Assembly (NCBI GenBank): GCA_963826525.1
Contig: CAWGXH010000003.1
Span: forward strand, 192,001 to 256,000
Direction of reading: 5' to 3'
Source: an uncultured Methanomicrobiaceae archaeon
Lineage (GTDB): Archaea; Halobacteriota; Methanomicrobia; Methanomicrobiales; Methanoculleaceae
Length of the DNA: 64,000 nucleotides
Both the position numbers and the translations under genes were made by a program. Below the pieces are notes generated by a model. That model ran no database searches. It was not told where the DNA came from and worked only from the letters and a program-made list of their open reading frames with translations. Positions 53,421-64,000 of this stretch are shown piece after piece (positions within the stretch are counted from its first letter, which is position 1; every line of letters begins with the position of its first letter).

Positions 53421-56400
53421 TTACCTGTTGCCTTCCGCTCTCCATACCCCGGCAGGGGCGAAGATCTCGAATCTGGCCCCCCACCCGGCCCCGCCGTTCT
53501 CGGTGATGGTCATCCCGGTGATGGCGAGAATCCTGCGGATGAGAAACAGTCCAAGTCCCGTATTCCTGCCGATGCCGCGCTCGAATATCCGCTCTTTCTG
53601 GTCGTCCGGGATCCCGACCCCGTCATCTTCGTAGACGACGGTCAGGCCTTCCTCGTCTGCAACGGAGGAGATCCGGATCGCGGATACTCGCTCTCCGTGG
53701 CGGACGGAGTTGTCGACCAGGTTCTCAAGGGCCTTCACGAGCATCGGATCCGCATAGATCTCTCCGGGGGCGCATTCGACCGAGAAGGCGATCCCTTTTT
53801 GCACCTGCAGTTCCGTGGCAAGCACACGGAGATCCTGCCAGTACGGTTCGGTGGTGCCGAGGTCCTGGTAGACCCGGGAGAACTCTAACTGGGACTGTAT
53901 CTTCCAGGTTGCAGCCTCCAGTTTCTCAAGGTAGTAGGTAATAAGCGGGTCAGGTGAGACCTCCCGTGCAAGTTCGATATACCCGAGGATACCGGTCACC
54001 ATGTTGAGAATGTCGTGCCGGGTGATGCCGGAGAGAAGATTGAGTTTTTCGTTCGCAGCCCGGAGCGCCTCTTCCGCATGCTTGCGGTCGGTGACGTTGC
54101 GGAACGATAGCAGAAGTGCCGGTTCCCCCTCGTACACTATCTGCTTTCCTGTGCACTCCACGAAGACGCGGCAAGAATTCGGTGTCAGCAGGACGTATTC
54201 ACCATCGGAGACCTCGTTCCCGCGGGCGAGCTCTTCCAAGCTTCCGGGCGGCAGCCTCCCTCGATTCGGGGGCGATGAACTCCAGGACGCTCCTGCCGAT
54301 CGGGAGATCCTTCTCCCCGTACCCTGCGGTGGCTGCGGCCGCTCTGTTGGCAAGAAGGATGGTGCCTGTCCGGTCGAGAACAAGCGTGCCCTCGAGCGCA
54401 TGCTCGACCAGTGTGCGGGACTTCGCTTCGCTCTCCCGGAGCCGCTCCTCAATCTCTTTCTGCTCAGTAACGTCGTGGCCAACGGACTGGTATTCGATGA
54501 GCCTTCCGCTCAGATCGAAGATCGCCCGCCCGCTCCACCGGAGCCAACGGACGACGCCGTCCTCCTGGATAACGCGGTGCTCGTTCATCCCAGCCGGATG
54601 AGCCTTTGTGAGGGACGCGAAGAAGTCGCTGATCCCCTGCCGGTCTTCATCCGGGACAGCGGGGTAGAAACGCCTGCCGATCAGGGTCTCCCGCGAAAGA
54701 CCGAAGTAGCGCAGGAACGCCTCATTGACAAAGAGGAACACTCCGCCCGGCGTGAACCGGCAGATGAGTTCGGTCTGGCTCTCCACGACATCCCGGTAGC
54801 GCTCTTCACTCTCCCGGATTCTCCGGTGCGCTTCTGCGATCTCGTCCACCTGTTGGCGGAGTTCTTCTTCCACTGCTGCCAGGTGTTCGTTCGCCGCCAG
54901 AAGTTCCTCATTCGCCCGGAGGAGCGCCCGTTCCCCTGCTCGCTGTTCCGTAATGTCGCGGATAGACTCGATGGCACCGACGATCGCTCCGGTTCCATCG
55001 TAGAGCGGGGTCGCCGTAGCCCAGAGAACCACATTCTTTCCCTTCAGCCGGGCATTCTCCGTCTCGATTACGGCGCTCTGCCGGCTGTGGCTGATCCGGG
55101 AGTAATGCTCGCGCAGAGGCGCTTCGTCGCCCTCCAGTACAAGATCGATGAGAACCGGCCGCCGCTCCCCGTAAAAGAGGCGGGCGTACTCGTAATCTCC
55201 TTTACCGACGACCTCGGCCGACCCGATACCGGTCATCTCCTGAATTGCCCGGTTCCAGGCGATGACCTTCCCGTCGGCATCGATGACGAAGGTGGCATCG
55301 GGGAGGAACTCGATGATATCGGCAAGCCGGCGTTCGCTCTCCCGCAGATGCTCTCCGGTGGCGGCGAGGTCGTCGAAACTCGTCCGGAGTTCCTCTTCGA
55401 TCGCCGTGAGCTCCTCGTAGGCCGAGGCGAGTTCCTCGTGCTGCCGGGTGAGCATCATCTCCGCATCTTTCCTTCCGGTAATATCGAGCAGGGATGCGAT
55501 GCTCCTGCCGGTTCCGGGGAGGATCCCGATGGTCATGAGTATGTCGTGCACCGCTCCGTCTCTCGATACGAAACGGAACTCGTACTGCTGCACTGCCTTT
55601 GCCGGGGCGGATCTCCGAAGCCGGTGCTGCTCGAGCATCTGTTCGAGGTTGGCCGGGTCGATGAACTCGGTCCACTGCTTTTTCCCCTCGATCTCCTCCC
55701 GTGAATATCCTGATAGCCGGACGAACTCTGCGTTGACGAGGCTGATCGTCGTATCGTCCTCGACGGTGACGATAGCGGTGCCGGTGTTCTCAAACATCGT
55801 CCGGTACCGCTCTTCGCTCTCCCGGAGCGCTTCTTCCGCGAGCTTCCGGTCGGTGATATCCTGGCCCTGGGCAATGGTCGCGATGATCCGCGATCCGTCC
55901 CGGTCGAGGATGTTTGATGTGCTCCAGAGGATGGTTCTGATGCTGCCCGAGCGGTGGCGAATGGGGATCTCCACCGCTTCCAGCCGCTCACCCGTCAGGG
56001 TCATCCTGAACCGCGCCAAGGCGGTCTCGTGACGCTCGTCCGGAAAAAGGGCGGCGAGCGGGCTTCCGACAGCCTCGCCGACCGGTATGCCGGTCAGGTC
56101 TTCGGCGGCGCGGTTGAACCGGGTGATGACGAGTTCCGGGTTCCAGACGATGATCGGGGCGTTTGCGTATCCGATGAGGTTCTCGAGAAGATCGGTCTGT
56201 GCCGCAAGTTCCGTCTCCGCCCGTCGCGCCTTGACGGCCTGCCGCAGCTTATGCGCAAGTTCGGCAAACTGAGCCTTTGGGTCGCCCCCTTTCTGGAGGT
56301 AAAAATCGGTACCGCTGTTTAAGGCCTCGATCACGACCTCTTCCCGACCCTTGCCGGTGAATATGATGAACGGGACAGTGCAGCCCGACTGGCGGATCGT

Positions 56401-56622
56401 CTTGAGCAGCGTGATTCCGTCCATTTTCGGCATCTGGTAATCGGAGACGACAGCCTCGTAGCGTCCGGATGCCGCCTGCAGGGGAGCCTGCCTCGGATCC
56501 GCAAGTATATCGACGGAGAAGTCACCGGTGCGTTCGAGGAAGAGTTTGGTCACTTCGAGCAGCGCCGGTTCGTCGTCGACGTAGAGGATAGGGATGATCT
56601 CGGCACCTGCAGTATCGGGCAT
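53421..56622 (-). CDS. Hybrid REC / multi-PAS histidine kinase (frameshift ~54240)
   Basis: ILYVDDEP..VVSDYQMPKMDG REC; five PAS repeats; TRHDILN; NLVDNSVRH; GLGL. Confidence 0.9.
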
Positions 56623-56882
56623 GGCGGTCTCCAGTAATTAGAGACACTCTTTTCATTACTTAAGTGCTTCTATACGAGCCCCTGCGTGACGGTACCTCTT
56701 GCGAGGAATAACGCCCTCCGATGCGGGAACTGCCGCTCACCGGGGCCTTCGGGTGAGGTGTTTAATGAACAGCATCGGCGTACCGGCCCGGCTCTGGCAC
56801 CTGCTCCCTGCATATGCAGCTCTCTGTTCGTTTGCGAGGACGACCGAACCAAAGGGAAGAGTATTCGGCTCTCGAACGAGAG

Positions 56883-57485
56883 ATGTACTTCATGGAAGAA
56901 CCGGTGGCGGAGATCCTGGCGTATGTCAGGACGGTGTTTCAGGATTCGGGGGCGCACGGGTTTGATCATACTGTCCGGGTCACCCGCCTCTGCGAACTGC
57001 TCGGCGTCCGTGAAGGTGCGGATATGGCTATCCTCGTCCCGGCCGCTCTCTTCCACGACGTTGGAAGGCCTTGCGAGGAGGAGACGGGTCTTCCCCACGA
57101 AGAGGAGGGGGCGAGGATGGCGGAGTCCTTCCTCGGGTCGATAGGTTTCCGCGAAGACCTCATTCCCGCCATTACCCACGCCATCCGGGCACACCGGTAC
57201 AGCACGGGCATGCTCCCTGAAACACTTGAGGCACGGATACTCTCGGATGCGGACAAACTGGATGCGATGGGCGCCGTCGGCATCGCCCGGACGTTCATGC
57301 AGGCAGGGGCGCGGGGAGGGGGCATTGCGGACGCGACCGGCCACTTCCACGAAAAGCTGCTGCAGTTACAGAGCCGCATGTATACAGAGAGTGCCCGGAC
57401 TATCGCCGAGCGCAGGCATGCGTTCCTCACCGCGTTTCTCGAGGCTCTCGACGACGAGATGAACGGCACCTCCGCTCTGCCGTGA
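56883..57485 (+). CDS. HD-domain protein
   Basis: HGFDHTVRV; LFHDVGR; SDADKLDAMGAVGIAR; HFHEKL. Confidence 0.9.
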   Translation: MYFMEEPVAEILAYVRTVFQDSGAHGFDHTVRVTRLCELLGVREGADMAILVPAALFHDVGRPCEEETGLPHEEEGARMAESFLGSIGFREDLIPAITHAIRAHRYSTGMLPETLEARILSDADKLDAMGAVGIARTFMQAGARGGGIADATGHFHEKLLQLQSRMYTESARTIAERRHAFLTAFLEALDDEMNGTSALP

Positions 57486-57529
57486 GGGCTGTTCCCGGAA
57501 TATACTATTCACCGGAGCGGTGTACCTCT

Positions 57530-58260
57530 ATGGTCTCCGCAACCTCCCGGATAACGATCTCGTTCGCGCTTCTCACCCTGATCATCACCGCCGGGGTCGG
57601 GACGTTCGTCTCGGTCTTTGCAAACGTCGTCGGGAGCCTCGTATCGCAGAACGAGCAGCAGGCACGCCGCCGGAAGATCAGCCTGATCCTGGGCATCTTC
57701 CACAGCGAGGCCGGAACCGAGATCCTCACGGCCTTCGCCCGCATCGACCCGGATGTCGGAGAGATCCGGGTATGGACGACTTCAAGCGAATCAGGCGGCG
57801 TCTCGAGGGGCACCGGTATGCCGTCGACGGCGGTGCGGCGGATCTTGCAGGGCTGCAGCAGTTCCTCGACGAGAAGAGGGTCGGTTTCTCCTGCGGCTCA
57901 CGGAGAACCCGGCCATCTTCGAGCACGACGCGTTCACCGACCTTCTGCATGCGTTCTCCACCTGCGAGGGAACTCATGCTCCGCGATGACCTCACGGCGC
58001 TTTCCGAGGCCGATCGTGCCCACCTGGCGGGCGACTTCTCCCGGGCGTACCGGCACCTTGCCCTCGAGTGGCTCGGCTACCTGCAGACGACCTACCCGTA
58101 TCTCTTCTCACTGGCAGTCCTGAGAAACTCCTTCGGCGATCGTGCATCTCCAGGCGAATCCGGTGACCGGCAGATGCGCCGGGGTGCCCGGATCGCCACC
58201 GGCTTCCTCCCTGCCTTTTCTCCGGATTCGCCTGGAGGATCCCGAAGCATCGGGCCGTAG
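57530..58260 (+). CDS. Truncated/frameshifted membrane protein (ion-channel-associated type)
   Basis: TM LLTLIITAGVGTFVSVF; ILGIFHSEAGTEIL; LTENPAIFEHDAFTDLL; YPYLFSLAV. Three frames are needed. Confidence 0.5.
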
Positions 58261-58514
58261 CCGTCGTGATATTCACACCTCCCGCTTCCACAGGTTCTTG
58301 CCGTTCTCCCGGGTCTTCAGCGTAGTTCCTTCCCCGTATACGCTCCTCTGCTCTCTCTCTGCCCTTCGCACTCCGGCACCGGCCGGTCGGTCGGCTTCGG
58401 AGCACGTTTTTCCCGGCAGGATCTCTCAAAATACGGCAGTAGCGGGAGAGAATGCGCATGCAGACGAATAGAAAGGGTGATATGTGCGTCAGACAGTATT
58501 CCTGTAGTGTAACT

Positions 58515-59344
58515 ATGGAAAAGATCCCCTCTCTGGATATCTATGACGAATTTCGTGAAGAGATTCAGGCTATCTTCCGATCGAGGCTTTTAACCCAGAT
58601 GCTGGTTGCTCTGGGGAGCGGAAGCAGGTCCCTCTCCGACCTCCGTGACATCACCGGCAGTTCCTCGCAGGCGCTCATCCCCAAAATCCGGCAGGCTGGA
58701 GTCGGCTCACTACATCGAATCCGACAAAGGAGATTACACGCTCTCCCCACTCGGCAGGATTGTGGAACCCGAGATCGAGCGGCTGGTAACACTGATGGGA
58801 GCGCTCCAGCGTCACCGGGACTTCTGGATACAGCACGATATCGAGAGCATCCCGCCGGAGTTCCTGAAAGAGATCGGCGACCTCTCCAATTCGGATGTCG
58901 TCAGGGATGTCGAAGAGAACATATTTGCCGTATACACCACGTTTTTGAGTCTCCTGCAGAACGCGAAGTGGATACATGCCGTATCCTCAATCATGAGTCC
59001 GGCCCACGCCGAAGCAATGATGGGTACGGTACGACAGGGCAAACCGGTCGAGCTGGTCGTCTCTGACAGATCTCGCCGATAAATTAACCGCCGAGCCGTA
59101 CATCAACATGCTACAGTCCGTGGGCGACTTCCGGGACTTCAAGATCCATGTTGCTTCGGTTCCGGTCAGGCTTGGGATGACCGTAACCGAAGGGTGCCTG
59201 TCACTCGGACTCTATAAACGGGGCACCGACGCCTACGACGCCGCCGTAGACCTTATCAGCCTTGATGCAACGGCGTTCGCCTGGGGCGAACGGCTGTTCC
59301 AGTACTACAGGCAGCGATCAGAACTGCTGGTATACGACCCCTGA
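58515..59344 (+). CDS. Winged-helix regulator with DUF1724-like C-terminal domain (frameshifted)
   Basis: SLSDLRDITGSSSQALIPKI HTH; FWIQHDIESIPPEFLKEIGDL; AFAWGERLFQYY. Confidence 0.8.
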
Positions 59345-59493
59345 AAACCGTTTTTATATCTTCTATCGCCGGAAGAAGTGTTTTATTTCCCTATTCTATG
59401 AGCCCCGGCGTTGAACCTTCACCGATCGTATTAATTTGATCGATGAATTTTCATTGTCATAATTAATGTTAACCTACCCTCTGAAAACTATGC

Positions 59494-60406
59494 ATGTTCG
59501 AGACTGCATATCAGCCCGAAACCAATCTGATCGACTTCCGGGGGATTATTCATCCTCTGGTGTACAGTTCTGCGTACCTCTCGCTCGCCGGTGCGGCGAT
59601 GGTCTGGATCTCCTGTGTTCTGCAGGGTCTCGCCTTCGATCCCATCGCCGCAGGCATCATGGTGCTCGTCACCTTCTCCATCTACAACCTCAACCGGAAG
59701 ACGGATGAGAGCGAGGATGCCATCAACCATGCCGAGCGGTACACGTTTACGAAGAAGTACGGAAAGTTCCTCTTCTATTCTGCAATCGCTGCATATGGTA
59801 TCGCTCTTCTGGTATCCGTTATCCTAGGGTTTCGACAGCCTCCTGATAGCGGCCATACCGCTGATCGGCGGGGTCGTCTACAGCATTCCGCTCCTCCCGG
59901 CGTGGACCGGCTATCGGCGCTTAAAAGAGATACCGGTGATGAAAAGCCTGATCGTGGCCGTCGCCTGGGCGGTCCCGCCCGCTCTCCTGCCGGTCTGTCA
60001 TGCCGGTCTCCACGCAGACGTCTCCACCGCTATCGTCGGAGTCTTCTACTTCTCGCTGGTCTTCATCAACACCGTGGTCTTTGACATGCGGGACGTGGAG
60101 GGCGACATAGTCTCCGGCGTTCGCACCATTCCGGTGATCCTCGGCATGCGGAGGACGAAACTCGTCCTTACGATTCTCAATGTCTGTCTCGGGGCTGCGA
60201 TCGTCTATGGCGGCCTCTCCTGTATGGGGCTGCCCGTGACGCTGCTGCTGATCGTGAGCGTGCTCTATGCCCAGTGGTATATTACCTCCTTCAACCGCCT
60301 CTGCACCGAGAAGATCCTCGGCGAGCTGCTGGCGGACGGGCAGTTCATCCTGCTCTCCGGGGTGTTGTATGTCTTTGTCAGCGTGATACCGCTTCGTCTG
60401 CTGTGA
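59494..60406 (+). CDS. UbiA-family prenyltransferase (frameshift ~59840)
   Basis: YNLNRKTDESEDAIN; FDMRDVEGD..GVRTIPVILG. Confidence 0.85.
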
Positions 60407-60539
60407 ATTGACCATCCGGCCTTCTCGCGGGCCGGTGAACCCCCTCTCTTTTTAGGCCCCGGGATCTCCAAAATTCATGCATTTGACGAATCTTCATCGA
60501 CGGAATAAATGTCTATGATCTTGGAGAATTCTTCATTGC

Positions 60540-60806
60540 GTGATGAACCTGTCAAGCCGCGTCTGCCTGGCGATCCGTGATGCAGACGCAAACGTGGATC
60601 ACGCTGCACTCAGTTACGAGGGGACGGCAACCGGCAGGTATGCGAAAAGAGGCGACGTAGTCTCTCTGACAGAGAAATTAAAGGAGAGGCCGACCCGGTG
60701 CGGGTGTGCCCTGTGCCCTTACTACGACCCGGAACGCGCCTACTGCCTCTATGTGGATACCCCGGTGACTATTCTGTTCGCCTGCCCGCGGTTTCTTGAT
60801 CTGTAG
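60540..60806 (+). CDS. Possible small Cys-rich protein
   Basis: CGCALCPYYDPERAYC..CPRF; short ORF, no recognised family. Confidence 0.3.
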   Translation: MMNLSSRVCLAIRDADANVDHAALSYEGTATGRYAKRGDVVSLTEKLKERPTRCGCALCPYYDPERAYCLYVDTPVTILFACPRFLDL

Positions 60807-60895
60807 GATAACGGCAGTATTCCGCCCGCCGTCTGCATCACCAGTTCAGGGTGTGGAGTGCATCCGGGTCGGTGCAGTGCCTCTCTGAAAGGGAG

Positions 60896-61300
60896 TTACC
60901 CGGAGAACTCGTCGCCGTAGACGCCCGTCGCGATCTCGTCCTCGATCGTGCCGGTCTCCGTCTCCTCAATCGCCTCCTCCCGTCGCCGCTGCAGTTCCCG
61001 GACGAGGTCTCCGACGGCATGCGGATCAGGGGCGGACTCCGGCGAAGACTCACGGGCAAGGGCGGCAATCTCCAGCAGTGCCTCGCCGATGCGGTCGAGG
61101 TCGCTGTACTGCCCGATCTCGATCAGGAATCGTTCAAGGGTCGGCCCGGACTGGTAGGCGAAGTCTCCCTGGATTGAGGCGAGCATGAGGATCTCGTCGG
61201 CAGCACCGCCCGCTGCCACCTCGATCTCGAGTCTCGCCGGAGAGATCTCGTAGGTGTCGCTACCACCTGTTTCGAACGACCGAACCAGCCGGATCCTCAT
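60896..61300 (-). CDS. Hypothetical acidic protein
   Basis: MRIRLVRSFETGG...GVYGDEFSG; host-like codon usage. Confidence 0.6.
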   Translation of the reverse strand: MRIRLVRSFETGGSDTYEISPARLEIEVAAGGAADEILMLASIQGDFAYQSGPTLERFLIEIGQYSDLDRIGEALLEIAALARESSPESAPDPHAVGDLVRELQRRREEAIEETETGTIEDEIATGVYGDEFSG

Positions 61301-61442
61301 AGCCCGGCCGCTGCCGGACTCCGCATCACAATCCCTCATGACTACATCCCTTCCAGGAGATCGCCGTGCCGGAGGATTACTGTTTGCTTTTTTACCTGCG
61401 CCGGATCGTAATGTTAATACGTCAACCTGCTCATGTTGACAC

Positions 61443-61888
61443 ATGCCTCTCCCTCACAGCGACCGGCAGTTCGAGTTCTGGAGACTCCGCAGAAGTGGTC
61501 TTCCGAATATCCGGATCGCCGACCTCTTCCGCATATCCCGCCAGGCGGTCTCAAAGGCACTCCTCACCATGGATCGGAAGGTCGAGGGAGACGCTCCTTG
61601 AAATGGCTCACGCAAACCAGATAGACGCAGAGAAGCTGAACGCGGAGATGGGGAGTCCTCTTTGGGCGGTCCATCCCGCTCAATGCGAATGCTCTCATCT
61701 TCATCTCCGCCGGACACGGGGTGCAGGTCTGGTACGAGCATGAAGGAGACTGCGACGCCTCCCGGTATGCCCGGTGTATCGACATCCTCTGGGACGTTGC
61801 CGACGAGATGGGGATTGTGCTGATGAAGACCGATGACCCGACACGGATGGCCGACGAACTGTTTCTGAAACTGAAGGGGCTCGTATGA
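61443..61888 (+). CDS. HTH-containing hypothetical protein (frameshifted; missed by the ORF track)
   Basis: Manual reading MPLPHSDRQFEFWRLRRSGLPNIRIADLFRISRQAVSKAL...GVQVWYEHEGDC...DPTRMADELFLKLKGLV*. Confidence 0.65.
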
Positions 61889-62056
61889 CGGTATGCTCTT
61901 CTGGATCTGGTACGGAGGCGGCTGGGCTGGTGCCCGATGGAAGGGCCGATGCAGGCGCACCTGCCGAGGCAGCCGGAGATCCGGACGGAGGGTGTCCCGC
62001 GTGGGCATGGGAAGCGGGAGACCCCCGGCTGCCGCCGGTCATACCTACGTTATCTC

Positions 62057-64000
62057 TCAGCGAGCCCGAACTCTCCCGGAGCGTGAACCGGAACGCCGCC
62101 CCCTCCTCCGGCCTGCCCGGCACCCGGTCGTCGACCCAGACCTCTCCCGCCGTAGCGCTCGATGAGGGCCTACGATAAAGAGCCCGAGGCCTTCGCCCTT
62201 CCCCTTGGCTCTGCCCCGTTCGAACCGGCTGAAGATCGTCTCTTTCATCTCGTCCGGGACGCCCGGGCCGGTGTCCTCGACCGCGACCAGCACTTCACCG
62301 TCCTGCATCTCCACCTGGATGGCAATCTCCACATCAGGTCCCCCGTAATTGACGGCGTTGCCGATGAGGTTCGTGAAGATCATCGGTAACAGATTGTCCG
62401 CCAGCACCTCGACCGAAGGGTCCATGTACCGGATCGATGCCCCGGGGAAGTTTCCGATCTCCTCCTTAATGACGGCATCGAGGTTCACCGGCACCAGGCG
62501 GCCGGGTTCCTGCTGAATCCGCCGGATGGTGGCGACGTTTCGGAGAATCTCGCTGCTCCGCTCGATGCTGTCGTGCAGTTTTCGGGCGTAGAGCCACTGA
62601 TCGCCCGCAAGCAGTTCGACCAGGAGGTCGGCGTACATGCTCGAGACGTTGTTCGCGTTCCGGACATCGTGGGTCATGATATCGAGGTACAGGTGCGCCT
62701 CGTCGCGTGCTGCTACGACCTCTTCGCTCTTCCGGACGAGGTCATCGGTCCGACGCTGAAGTGCTTCTTCCGCCCTTTTGCGGTTGGTGATGTCGATGAA
62801 AACCCCTACCGCGCCATGGGATCTGCCGTTCTCATCAAGCAGCGGTACGGCATTGCCGAGCAGGTGCCGCAGCGTCCCGTCGCTGAAGACCAGATCGAAT
62901 TCGAACTGTTGTACCGGCCGGCCGGTTGCGGCGGCTCTCTGTAACGGAATTTCCTCCGGCGGGATCTCGGCGCCGTCTTTCATAATCCGGAAATGTGCCG
63001 GCCGCTCGCCTTCGGGTGCCGATTTTGAGAGGTTGCTTCCCGGTGGCATACGGAACAGGTCGTAGGTGCACCTGCTGCCGAAGATGGAGCGGCATTCGGG
63101 ATCGAGCGCGATGAAGACCGCGGCCGGCACCGCTTCCATGATCGCCTGCAGCTCCGCCGCCCGCTGCCGCTCCCGCTCCTCGCTCTCCCGGAGTGCCTCC
63201 TCGGCGAGTTTGGTCGTTGTCAGGTCCACGGCCGCGGACGCCACGCCGATGATCCGGCCGTCGCGGTCGCGGATCGGCTCCCAGATGATATCGAGATACA
63301 TCCGTCCGGTGGGCCGGTCGAGCCATATCTGCTCGCGCTGTTCGATGCCTTCTTCGAGCACGCGCCGCTCGATCGCCGTGAAATGCGCCGCCTCTTCGGC
63401 AGTGAAGATCTCGTGGTCGAGATGCCCGACGATCTGATCCGGTCCGCCGACCGCTGGTTGTACGCCCAAACGTAGCGCAGGTCGCGGTCCTGCGCCGCCA
63501 CAGACACCGGCGAGTTCCTTAGCGCCAGCCGGAAGCGCTCCTCGCTCTCGCGCATGGCCTCTTCGGCCTTTTTGCGCTCGGTGACGTCGCGGGCGTTCAC
63601 CACAAAACCCCGGACAGCCGCCTCTTCCAGGAGATTGACGCCGATTACATCAAAATACAGCCAGTCTCCCGAGTGGTGCCGCATCCGAACTTCGAGGGTG
63701 ACCCTCTTGTCCGGATGGGTGGCGGCAGTAGAGAGGGCGTCCATCACCAGCGGCAGATCGTCGGGGTGCGTCAGTCTGAGTATCGGCATTCCGGTGAGTT
63801 CTTCGGGTGCATACCCGCTGACCTGTTTCACCGAAGGGCTTGCATACACGATATGCCCCCCTGCATCGAGGACGACGACGACATCCGAGGCATTCTCGGT
63901 GAGCAGCCGGAACCGCGCCTCGCTCTCCCGGAGCGCCCTCTCCGCCGCGTTCACCTGGCGGGAGATATCGGTGACGGCAACCCGGAGCCGGGGCGTATCG
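62057..64000 (-). CDS. Multi-PAS histidine kinase, C-terminal part (frameshifts; 5' end outside window)
   Basis: PAS repeats; THDVRNANN; NLIGNAVNY; DTGPG; GEGLGLF. Confidence 0.88.

Noticed and set aside
1-64000. CRISPR array, cas genes, rRNA, integrase, reverse transcriptase/DGR
   Set aside because: No regularly spaced 25-40 bp repeats with unique spacers and no recognisable motifs for these were found by eye.

Overview
High-GC archaeal chromosomal DNA, most consistent with a Methanomicrobiales methanogen (Methanoculleus-like). Evidence: the Mmp10 MCR arginine methyltransferase, diphthine-ammonia ligase, many PAS/GAF histidine kinases and TATA-type promoters. A large share of genes are broken by single-base frameshifts, which looks like uncorrected long-read indel error, so split ORFs are reported as reconstructed genes. 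Main finding (1-12.3 kb, minus strand): a cell-surface cluster. It has a roughly 1,950-aa secreted protein with about four cohesin-like modules, CARDB/Ig modules, an alpha-2-macroglobulin-type thioester domain (intact GCPEQ) and a C-terminal dockerin. This is followed by two membrane-anchored cohesin-like proteins, another anchored surface protein and a subtilisin (S8). The dockerin and the two downstream cohesins lie in one low-GC block. Also present: a MoxR/DUF58 operon, an orphan DNA methyltransferase, bacterial-type RsgA and an ErcA/ErcS-like alcohol-sensing pair. A decayed island beside tRNA-Thr(UGU) carries an AbiE-like type IV TA module with a 43-bp-periodic operator array. A ~250-bp non-coding repeat occurs twice. 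No CRISPR array or rRNA was seen. All family calls come from reading motifs by eye, not from database searches.
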